DNA of 64,000 nucleotides from Clostridia bacterium (GTDB taxonomy: Bacteria; Bacillota; Clostridia; Oscillospirales; CAG-272), in the NCBI GenBank assembly GCA_017505745.1, contig JAFVOP010000101.1, forward strand, positions 3,680-67,679. The letters are read 5' to 3'. This document shows positions 29,536-37,138 of the stretch, piece by piece. The notes beneath the pieces are model-generated. The model saw only the letters and a program-made list of their open reading frames with translations, was not told the DNA's origin and ran no database searches. Position 1 is the first letter of the stretch. Each line of letters begins with the position of its first letter. The position numbers and the translations under genes were made by a program.

Positions 29536-30891
29536 ATGGCAAACAATACAAGCAACGGCAACAAAGGGCTGCGGCATTGCTCCTTTTGCGGAAGAACCGA
29601 GCACCAGGTCAACTTTCTGATCCCCTCTCCGTCCGGCGTTTATATCTGTGATTTTTGTGTGGAGGCCTGCAGCGACCTGATTTCGGAAACCACCCAGGAG
29701 CATGTCACCTCCGGTGGGGAGCTTTCCTTTACGGAGCTTCCCCGCCCCATGGAGATCAAGGAATCGCTTGACCGTTACGTCATTGGCCAGGATGAGGCAA
29801 AGGTTGCCCTTTCGGTGGCCGTATACAATCACTACAAGCGCATTTTGTCTCAGGAGCCCAAGCGCCCGAAAAACAAGAAGAAAAAGAAGGCAGAAACCGA
29901 TCCGCAGGTCTCTGAGGATGACGTAGAGCTTCAAAAAAGCAACGTGCTCCTCATTGGACCTACCGGTGTGGGAAAAACCTATCTGGCACAAACGCTTGCG
30001 AAAACCTTGAAGGTTCCCTTTGCAATTGCCGACGCTACCACACTGACCGAAGCGGGATACGTGGGCGAGGACGTGGAAAACATCCTTCTGCGCTTGATCC
30101 AGGCCGCCGACTATGATGTGGAACTGGCAGAGCGCGGCATTATCTATATCGACGAGATTGACAAAATTTCGCGCAAGAGTGAGAACCGTTCAATCACCCG
30201 TGACGTATCGGGCGAAGGCGTACAGCAAGCACTGCTTAAGATTTTAGAGGGAACGGTTGCAAACGTTCCTCCACAGGGTGGACGTAAGCATCCAAACCAA
30301 GAGTTCATCCAGATCAATACCAAAAATATTCTCTTTATTTGCGGAGGCGCGTTTGACGGCCTCGACCGTACGATCGAGAATCGCAAGGGCAACCAAACGA
30401 TTGGTTTTGGCGGAGAGATCAAAAGGAAGGCCGAGCGCAAGGATTCGGGAATTTTCCGTGACGTCGTACCGCACGATATCGTCAAATTTGGACTGATCCC
30501 CGAGCTTGTTGGCCGAATCCCTGTGATCGTTCCGCTAAACGATCTGGATAAAACGGCGTTGGTTCGCATTTTGACAGAACCGAAAAACTCACTCGTGAAG
30601 CAATACGAAAAGCTGTTCTCCATGGACGGCGTAAAGCTGACCTTCTCACAGGAATCCCTGGAGGCGGTGGCAACCCTTGCGTTGGAAAGAAACACCGGCG
30701 CACGCGGACTTCGTTCAATTCTGGAAAGCGCCATGACACAGATCATGTACGAGATTCCTTCGCGTCATGACGTTGCAGAGGTGGAGATCACTCCTGCATG
30801 TATTCAAGGCAAAGAAAAAGGGATCTACCGTTTGTTGCGTGATGTTCCCGAACAGATTGCACCTCCTGCCCTACCGGAGGATACTGAATAA
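29536..30891 (+). CDS. clpX: ATP-dependent Clp protease ATP-binding subunit ClpX
   Basis: Zinc finger CSFCGR...CDFCVEAC, Walker [12 protein letters not shown], and [10 protein letters not shown]. Confidence 0.95.
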   Translation: MANNTSNGNKGLRHCSFCGRTEHQVNFLIPSPSGVYICDFCVEACSDLISETTQEHVTSGGELSFTELPRPMEIKESLDRYVIGQDEAKVALSVAVYNHYKRILSQEPKRPKNKKKKKAETDPQVSEDDVELQKSNVLLIGPTGVGKTYLAQTLAKTLKVPFAIADATTLTEAGYVGEDVENILLRLIQAADYDVELAERGIIYIDEIDKISRKSENRSITRDVSGEGVQQALLKILEGTVANVPPQGGRKHPNQEFIQINTKNILFICGGAFDGLDRTIENRKGNQTIGFGGEIKRKAERKDSGIFRDVVPHDIVKFGLIPELVGRIPVIVPLNDLDKTALVRILTEPKNSLVKQYEKLFSMDGVKLTFSQESLEAVATLALERNTGARGLRSILESAMTQIMYEIPSRHDVAEVEITPACIQGKEKGIYRLLRDVPEQIAPPALPEDTE

Positions 30892-30895
30892 AAAA

Positions 30896-30931
30896 GGAGG
30901 GAGTTCTTCAAAAGAACTCCTTCCCTTTTTT
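30896..30931 (+). terminator. rho-independent terminator after clpX
   Basis: ggagggagttctt / aagaactccttcc followed by ttttt. Confidence 0.7.
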
Positions 30932-30955
30932 ATGCCGAAGTATCAGCCGGGACAA

Positions 30956-31813
30956 TCAACTTCCGCAACCGCATTTGGAGGATCGGTCTCCAAGCTGTGT
31001 AGAGGCTGAAATGCCGCCGGAGCAGAATTCTGCCGTTGGGAACGGCATGGACCGGAAGACACAGCACGGATCGTCCTCTTCCACTGCCTGACACTCTTTT
31101 TCGGGAATGCAATATTCGGTTGCCTGAATGAGATACTGTGCAGGTCGAACGATGCGAACTACCGAGAAAATCCCGAGAGAGACCGTCAAAAACCGTCTGC
31201 CGTGATCCGAGTCCTCGTCAAAGAGCAACGGCGCTTCTAGGGAGGAAAGAACGGCCTCGGGCAGATCATTTTCCTGGCAGCAGCAACAGCAACAATTGCA
31301 TTCACTGCCCTTTTCCATGATCTTGGTTGTTAAAAGCACCGGATCTACCACCTCCACAATTGCGGTAGGCACGTTTTTCTCTCCGCAATCGGGCTTGGGA
31401 AGTGCGCAGAAATCGTTGTTGCAGGCACTGCTTTTGAAAATATTTACGCCGCTTTCTCCACCGTAAAGGATCACTCGTTTTTCCAGCACTGCAATGCCTT
31501 CCAGCTCCTGTGAGCGTCCACCGCCCACGCAGGCCTCAAAAATAATTTTCACGTAGAAGCGAATGGTTACCGCATAAAAGCCGCGGTTGAATTGGATCGG
31601 ATCAATCCCGATATAGGTCCAAACGATGCTTGCACATTTTGCGCGGATCGCACCCGTGCGCTCCAGAAGCTCGTTTCCGTAACACGAAAGATAGACCCTT
31701 ACGTTTTCAAAGCAATCACGGTCGCGGCAAGAATCCAATACCCGATTGGTCTCAATACATACCATCTCGCGCGAATTCGAGGGGGATGCACAGGGAAATC
31801 TGTTTTCCGCCAT
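30956..31813 (-). CDS. Cys-rich protein of unknown function (spore coat/exosporium candidate)
   Basis: 285 aa. The N-terminus is CASP..VCIETNRVLDSCRDRDCFENVRVYLSCYG. An internal run reads ECNCCCCCCQEND and the C-terminus is KCGCGS. AAGGAG precedes the ATG. Confidence 0.6.
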   Translation of the reverse strand: MAENRFPCASPSNSREMVCIETNRVLDSCRDRDCFENVRVYLSCYGNELLERTGAIRAKCASIVWTYIGIDPIQFNRGFYAVTIRFYVKIIFEACVGGGRSQELEGIAVLEKRVILYGGESGVNIFKSSACNNDFCALPKPDCGEKNVPTAIVEVVDPVLLTTKIMEKGSECNCCCCCCQENDLPEAVLSSLEAPLLFDEDSDHGRRFLTVSLGIFSVVRIVRPAQYLIQATEYCIPEKECQAVEEDDPCCVFRSMPFPTAEFCSGGISASTQLGDRSSKCGCGS

Positions 31814-31949
31814 AATCGTAAATCTCCTTTTCTATAGATTCAGAGAATTCTCTCCTCGCTATCATTCTATGCAAGTCCCCATTTTTTGACACCAAAGAAC
31901 ATTCCCGTTTCACTTTTTTTAAGCAAATGTAAATATTCGGGCGATGCTA

Positions 31950-31978
31950 TTGAAAAGTGATCGCGAATCGGCTATAAT
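31950..31978 (+). promoter_or_regulatory. sigma-A promoter TTGAAA-17-TATAAT
   Basis: -35 at 31950-31955 and -10 at 31973-31978, upstream of the lipoprotein gene. Confidence 0.5.
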
Positions 31979-32010
31979 AAGACTATCTTTATAAAAAAGG
32001 ATGTATCATC

Positions 32011-33291
32011 ATGAAAAAAACAATCTGCTTGCTTTTGTTGGCCCTTGCGCTCTGCCTGTGTGCCTGCTCCAACACTTCCAACGAACCCGAGACACCCTCC
32101 GAGAGTTCGTCCGAATCCACACAAACCGACCAGCCTCAAACCATTCATGGAATCTGGTATTCCGCAAAGAGCCAGATCGTACTGGACCTGCGTAATCTTT
32201 CCAACGTTTCTTATTATCTTTTGAAGGTTGGATTTTATCAATATGAGCAAAAGATGACAGCAGATTTCACCTATCAAAACGGAGTTTTGAAAATGGAGTT
32301 GGAGGACGGAGATTCGTTTTCCTGGATTTTTGACGCCAATGGAGATACGCTTTTTGAGCTCGATACCGAAAACTCCGATTCCTACGTTCGCAAGGATGCA
32401 CTTCCCGAAAAATACGTCTCTCTCTCCTTCCCTGATTTCTCCAAGTTGAATGCAGGCGAGTTGGTTACGTTGGGAAAGACGAGCGGTCTTGAACATCCTA
32501 CCTCGGAAACGCTGAAAAACGCCGTAGATAGCTTTGCATCGATGTATGGGAGCGGCAATGTTGCGGGAAGTCCCGTGATCACCGACCGTATTTCACAAAT
32601 GGGTGATTACGTAAACGTGGATTACAAGGGCTTTTTGAACGATGTTGCATTTGAAGGCGGAGAAGCAAAGGGTGCGGATATCCTCATTGATAGCAATAGT
32701 GGGTATATTCCCGGCTTTGCCGAAGGAATTGCGGGACATACGGTAGGCTCCACGTTTGACGTGATCGTAACCTTCCCTTCCGATTATCAAAACACGGATC
32801 TGGCAGGAAAAGAAACGGTGTTTACGATGACCTTAAATGCTATTTACGATTTGAGAGGTGCTTTTTTCTGGGATCAAATGATTGCAGGAACCTCTGTTGA
32901 AAGTTTTCCGGAAGAAAGCTACGCCTATTTTCTGCAAAGCTTTGAGGAATTCCACCGCCTGTATGCTTATTACTATGGAATGGATTACGCGCTTTGGCTC
33001 TCTATGAACGGGCTGACCCAGAATGATCTGATCGCAGAAGCAAAATCCAACGCCTTGAATTATCTTGCGGTATATGCAATTGTTGAAAAGAATCAACTGG
33101 AGATCACCCAAGACATTTTAGATCGGGAGCTTGCCATTTTGGTTAACTCCATGATGAGCCAAAACGAAGAACTAACAGTTGAGGAAGCAAAGGCCTATAT
33201 TTTAGAGCATGATGCATATCCGCTTCATGCACAGGCTGCGCGGTCCGTTGCGATCAACTGGCTGTTGGAACAAAACCAGATGAATGGATAA
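32011..33291 (+). CDS. lipoprotein with trigger-factor-like FKBP PPIase and C-terminal chaperone domain
   Basis: Lipobox LCLCAC-S. GDYVNVDYKGFLNDVAFEGGEAKG..YIPGFAEGIAGH..FDVIVTFPSDY..LAGKETVF aligns by eye with tig residues in this same window. There is no GFRxGxxP motif. Confidence 0.75.
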   Translation: MKKTICLLLLALALCLCACSNTSNEPETPSESSSESTQTDQPQTIHGIWYSAKSQIVLDLRNLSNVSYYLLKVGFYQYEQKMTADFTYQNGVLKMELEDGDSFSWIFDANGDTLFELDTENSDSYVRKDALPEKYVSLSFPDFSKLNAGELVTLGKTSGLEHPTSETLKNAVDSFASMYGSGNVAGSPVITDRISQMGDYVNVDYKGFLNDVAFEGGEAKGADILIDSNSGYIPGFAEGIAGHTVGSTFDVIVTFPSDYQNTDLAGKETVFTMTLNAIYDLRGAFFWDQMIAGTSVESFPEESYAYFLQSFEEFHRLYAYYYGMDYALWLSMNGLTQNDLIAEAKSNALNYLAVYAIVEKNQLEITQDILDRELAILVNSMMSQNEELTVEEAKAYILEHDAYPLHAQAARSVAINWLLEQNQMNG

Positions 33292-33294
33292 TAT

Positions 33295-33322
33295 AAAAAA
33301 GGTCGCAATTGCGACCTTTTTT
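33295..33322. terminator. bidirectional terminator (28-nt perfect palindrome)
   Basis: aaaaaaggtcgcaattgcgacctttttt. Confidence 0.7.
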
Positions 33323-33329
33323 CAAATAC

Positions 33330-33790
33330 CCGGAAAGCACCGTGCTCACAATCCGCTGCGCATCCTGCTTGGTGTACACCTTGTTTCGGTTCACGTTGGC
33401 ATCGGCCTTCGCACTCTCGCCCTCGGAATAATTGAAATTCCGCTCGCGCTCGATCTCGTCGGAGATCGGATCTTTCATGGAGTAGCGAACATTTTCTGAA
33501 TTATTTTGCTCGTCTCCCCCTTGACACTGAGCGCTTTTTGTAGTATACTAGTGATGAAAAGGTGACCTTTGTCGCGGATACCCTCGCCATCTTGGGCGGT
33601 TGGCTCCGTAGTGAACGACAAGGTTGCCTTTTCTGTTATGACGTCATGAAGGTACATTCTTTGACTTTGGTTGTCTCTCTGAATCATAATACCCATGTAA
33701 TATTTTTCATCAGCAATCATGATAGGAGCGGCAACCGTAATTCTGGTATACGGTTTCCCTTCAGGCTTCCAAATGTCTGTACACCCTCCA
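33330..33790 (-). pseudogene. degraded remnant of a larger gene (two frames, no proper start or stop context)
   Basis: The frame is open upstream of ATG 33720 right up to the tmRNA terminator. There is a frame switch near 33478, and the 3' frame reads through the palindromic terminator at 33295-33322. Confidence 0.35.
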
Positions 33791-33792
33791 AG

Positions 33793-33834
33793 AAATACAG
33801 AAAGAGGCCACCTTTTGGGGCCTCTTTCTGTATT
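33793..33834 (-). terminator. terminator of ssrA
   Basis: 17-bp stem aaatacagaaagaggcc / ggcctctttctgtattt abutting the CCA end, followed on the minus strand by a U-rich tail. Confidence 0.6.
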
Positions 33835-34227
33835 TGGTGGAGATGAGGAGAATCGAACTCCTGTCCGAAAATCCGTTGATAAGACCTTCTCCGTGGGCAG
33901 TTTGTTATTTAGATTTCCCCGGCAAAATCGCGAACAAACACGCTATCTTTTCAGGTAGCCCTTTTTTGCATGATCGGTTCAAGAGCGAACGGCCGATGCA
34001 TGTTCACCGCTGAAATGACGCTCAGTCCAAGGCCGCGGTACTCCTTGGAGGAACGGGCGACCCGCAGGTCGCGGCACTGCAGAGTTTTACGTCAAAAGAC
34101 GCAAAACTCAGGCAGCCATAGCAACAGTATTGTTGTCGTTTATTTTTTCAGTTGGGCAGTTATCGAGTTTACCCGGCTCGCCACGCTTATCTTACCTCAG
34201 AATCCCCGTCGAAACCATTGCACCCCC
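33835..34227 (-). ncRNA. ssrA: tmRNA (SsrA)
   Basis: 5' end is GGGGGTGCAATGGTTTCGACGGGGATT. The 3' end is GGACAGGAGTTCGATTCTCCTCATCTCCACCA (T-arm plus acceptor). The internal tag frame reads ...AAC GAC AAC AAT ACT GTT GCT ATG GCT GCC TGA (..NDNNTVAMAA*). Confidence 0.9.
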
Positions 34228-34249
34228 ATATCTCATACAATACACGTTT

Positions 34250-34278
34250 ATTATATCCTATTTTATTTCATTTGTCAA
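34250..34278 (-). promoter_or_regulatory. consensus sigma-A promoter TTGACA-17-TATAAT for ssrA
   Basis: On the + strand, TGTCAA at 34273-34278 and ATTATA at 34250-34255. The -10 lies 22 nt upstream of the mature 5' end. Confidence 0.65.
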
Positions 34279-34294
34279 CAGGATTTTTTCGTCA

Positions 34295-34340
34295 AGAAAC
34301 ACCTTCGTTCTCCTTTTGGGAAGGAAGGTGTTTCTTTTTT
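34295..34340. terminator. 12-bp hairpin just after the ABC operon; its T-run is on the + strand
   Basis: agaaacaccttc / gaaggtgtttct with a 17-nt loop. tttttt follows on the + strand only, and aaaaaa precedes on the minus-strand reading. Confidence 0.45.
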
Positions 34341-34349
34341 CAGGATCTG

Positions 34350-36557
34350 TCAAGCATCCATCTTGGTCATGTCGCGCTGAGCCATTACAAGTCCGTAATA
34401 AATTCCTTGCTTTTGCATCAACTCCTCATGGGTGCCAATTTCCGCGATACCACCCTTATCCATAACCACCAGCCGCGTTGCGTTTCGAAGCGTAGACAGA
34501 CGGTGGGCAATAGCAATGGTGGTGCGGCCGGCAGAAAGGGCCTGCAGAGCGTCTTGGATCAGCTTTTCAGTCTCGGTATCCAAGGAGGCGGTGGCCTCGT
34601 CCAGAATCAAAATTTTCGGGTTGTGCAGAAGTGCCCGCGCAATGGAGATCCGTTGCCGTTCTCCGCCCGATAGCGTGTATCCCTTTTCTCCAACGTAGGT
34701 GTTGTACCCATCGGGTAACCGAATGATAAACTCATGGGCTCCCGCATGCTTTGCCGCTTGGATCACTTCCTCGGGGGTTGCATCGGGCTTTGCATAGGTC
34801 AAATTTTGCCAAACGGATCCTGTAAACAGAAAATTTTCCTGCAAGACCACGCCCATACGCGCGCGCAACGTTTCTTGCGGAATGTCGCGAATGTCCACCC
34901 CATCGATACGGATCACCCCTTCTTCTACGTCATACATGCGCATGATCAGGTTTATCAAGGTGGATTTCCCAACGCCCGATTTTCCCACCAATCCAATAAA
35001 TTCTCCCGGCTCGATATGGAGAGTAATATCCCGCAATACCTCGTCGGAATCCTCATATCCGAAAGATACGTTTTCAATATCGATCCGTCCTACGATTTCC
35101 TGTCGGATTCCATCGGCCTTATCCGGAACATCCACTGTTTCATCAATGATCTCATAAACGCGAGTTACGGAGGTCATCATTTGCATGAATTGTCGCGGGA
35201 AGGACATCAACGCGTGTAGCGGAGCATAAACCATGGAGGCATAGGAGGAAAACTGCGCCATTTCTCCGGCTGTCATCACACCGTCCAGCATCTTATCTCC
35301 CACATAGTAGAGCAACACAAATTCCCCAATTCCCATCAAAAACTGGAGGCACGGCATAAAGAATGCCCAAAAGCGCTCGAGTCGAAGCTGCGCATCGCGC
35401 TCCTTTGCTGACATTTCCAAAAAGCGTGCTTCTTCGCGTTTTTCCATTCCGTAGGACTTTACCACGCGGATCCCCGAAAAGATATCGTGCAGGATCGCAT
35501 TGGAACGAGAATTCAGCTCCCAACGCTGATGGAACATATTGTTCATAAAACGCCAAAAGACCCGAAATGCAAAGGCTACAAAGGGCGTTGGCAAGAGGAT
35601 CAAGAGCGCCAATCGCCAATCGAAAAAGAGCATGAGTAATCCAATTGCGGCGAGAAGCAGAGATTGCTCCAAAATATTTGGCAATTGACGGATCAAAAAC
35701 TGCTTGATGATGCTCGTATCACTGTTGACGCGCTTCATCAGCTCTCCCGATGTGCGGCGCGAAATCTTAGCAATCGACAGTTGCTGGATCTTTTCAAACA
35801 CCATGTTGCGCAGTCGCACGGTCAGGCGGTTTCCCGACGTTGTCAGAAAGTATCCGCGCAGAACAGTCAATCCGCGGCGCAAAAGCTGGGTCCCCAGCAT
35901 GGCCAGAATCACACCGAGAAAGCCGATCAAAAACGGATTTGCGGTGGTGTTTGTGATATAATCATCGACCAGCACCCGATTGATATACGGATTAAGAAGG
36001 CTGACACCGGTGGTTGCAAAAAACAACACCGCCGCAATGGCCACGTATTTCCATTCACCTTTTGCAAGAGAAAACAGCCGACGGAGAGTCTTCTTTTTTG
36101 AAACACATCGCGGGCAGGTATGGGAGCCACGCGGAAAAGCCTTTCCACACTTGGGACATGTTCTTCCCACCGAAGAAAATCGAGAAAAATCGCAGTCTCC
36201 AAATTTCAGATAATGATTGGCGCGCTTTACTGCCTGTCCGATCGCTGTTTGATAATGGTTATCAGCTCGCGCTAAAAGGATCGCTTCCCCATTCTTTCGC
36301 TCACAGGAAAGAAACACACATCCAACGCCCAACACCGTCTTGAGCTGTGCAATCTCTTCTACGTGCTCTTCTACGGCAAGGCATCCGTCGGTATAGACGC
36401 GGAGGACATCGGTCATGAGCACTACGTAGGACTTCACGCGTTTGGAAGGCTCCTTCAGATCCAGATTCGCATATGTCAGGACAACGGCGTCCTCGCGTTT
36501 CAAGCTGCCGTCAATTGCTTGAAGCTCCTTCCAGAGGCGCGAATTCAGTTTTACCAC
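34350..36557 (-). CDS. ABC exporter, fused permease-ATPase, with N-terminal cytoplasmic domain and zinc ribbon
   Basis: Walker A GKSGVGKST, signature LSGGERQR, Walker B ILILDEATAS, six TM spans, and an N-terminal CPKCGKAFPRGSHTCPRC. GTG start lies 7 nt after AGGAGG. Confidence 0.9.
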   Translation of the reverse strand: MVKLNSRLWKELQAIDGSLKREDAVVLTYANLDLKEPSKRVKSYVVLMTDVLRVYTDGCLAVEEHVEEIAQLKTVLGVGCVFLSCERKNGEAILLARADNHYQTAIGQAVKRANHYLKFGDCDFSRFSSVGRTCPKCGKAFPRGSHTCPRCVSKKKTLRRLFSLAKGEWKYVAIAAVLFFATTGVSLLNPYINRVLVDDYITNTTANPFLIGFLGVILAMLGTQLLRRGLTVLRGYFLTTSGNRLTVRLRNMVFEKIQQLSIAKISRRTSGELMKRVNSDTSIIKQFLIRQLPNILEQSLLLAAIGLLMLFFDWRLALLILLPTPFVAFAFRVFWRFMNNMFHQRWELNSRSNAILHDIFSGIRVVKSYGMEKREEARFLEMSAKERDAQLRLERFWAFFMPCLQFLMGIGEFVLLYYVGDKMLDGVMTAGEMAQFSSYASMVYAPLHALMSFPRQFMQMMTSVTRVYEIIDETVDVPDKADGIRQEIVGRIDIENVSFGYEDSDEVLRDITLHIEPGEFIGLVGKSGVGKSTLINLIMRMYDVEEGVIRIDGVDIRDIPQETLRARMGVVLQENFLFTGSVWQNLTYAKPDATPEEVIQAAKHAGAHEFIIRLPDGYNTYVGEKGYTLSGGERQRISIARALLHNPKILILDEATASLDTETEKLIQDALQALSAGRTTIAIAHRLSTLRNATRLVVMDKGGIAEIGTHEELMQKQGIYYGLVMAQRDMTKMDA

Positions 36558-36569
36558 AGTATCGCCTCC

Positions 36570-37118
36570 TTATAGGTAGAGCTCGATCTTTTTATAGCTC
36601 TTTCGATCTAATTTTTCTACGTCCGGGATCTCAAAGCGGTTGCCGTCCACATCCGAGAGAATCAGCCGATTTTCCTGGGCGCGAAAAATACTGCGAAAGG
36701 TATCGTGCAACGTAAAATTCAACGTTCCCTCAGCAGTTCGCACCTTCCAATAGGAAAATCCGTAGCGCTCCTTGACCTGAATGATCTCTTCGATCACCGG
36801 CGCAAAGTACCGCCGCTTCAGTTCAGTCTCCAAAAGCTCTCTTTGCTCACCTGCAAACAGATCGGTACGGCGAACAATGCCGATCTCCTGTTGATTTTCG
36901 TCCAAAACCGATATGAATTCCCATAACATCTCAAGCGGAAACTGGCGGCATAAAAATGCGCGGGAATCCTGCTCCTGATGGCGAACGTAAAGGAAGCCGT
37001 TTTTTTGATAAAACGAAGCATTTTCAGGCGTCAACCAAACCGTAACCGACAATTCCGCAAGCGTACGGTTCTTTTTTGATTCTGCTTTTTCTTCATCCGT
37101 GATATGTAACTCTTTCAT
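36570..37118 (-). CDS. DUF1854-like ABC-transporter-associated protein
   Basis: About 182 aa and soluble: ..FLCRQFPLEM..ISVLDENQQEIGIV..LL..ELKRRYFAPVIEEI..WKVRTAEG..ILSDVDGNRFEIPDVEKLD. The family call is from memory. The SD for the next gene lies within its last codons. Confidence 0.7.
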   Translation of the reverse strand: MKELHITDEEKAESKKNRTLAELSVTVWLTPENASFYQKNGFLYVRHQEQDSRAFLCRQFPLEMLWEFISVLDENQQEIGIVRRTDLFAGEQRELLETELKRRYFAPVIEEIIQVKERYGFSYWKVRTAEGTLNFTLHDTFRSIFRAQENRLILSDVDGNRFEIPDVEKLDRKSYKKIELYL

Positions 37119-37138
37119 CACTTCATCCTCACAATTCT

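Noticed and set aside
33254-33478. 74-aa ORF as a genuine small gene.
   Set aside because: It reads through the perfect palindromic terminator at 33295-33322 and overlaps the 3' end of the convergent lipoprotein gene. I treat it as part of a decayed remnant.
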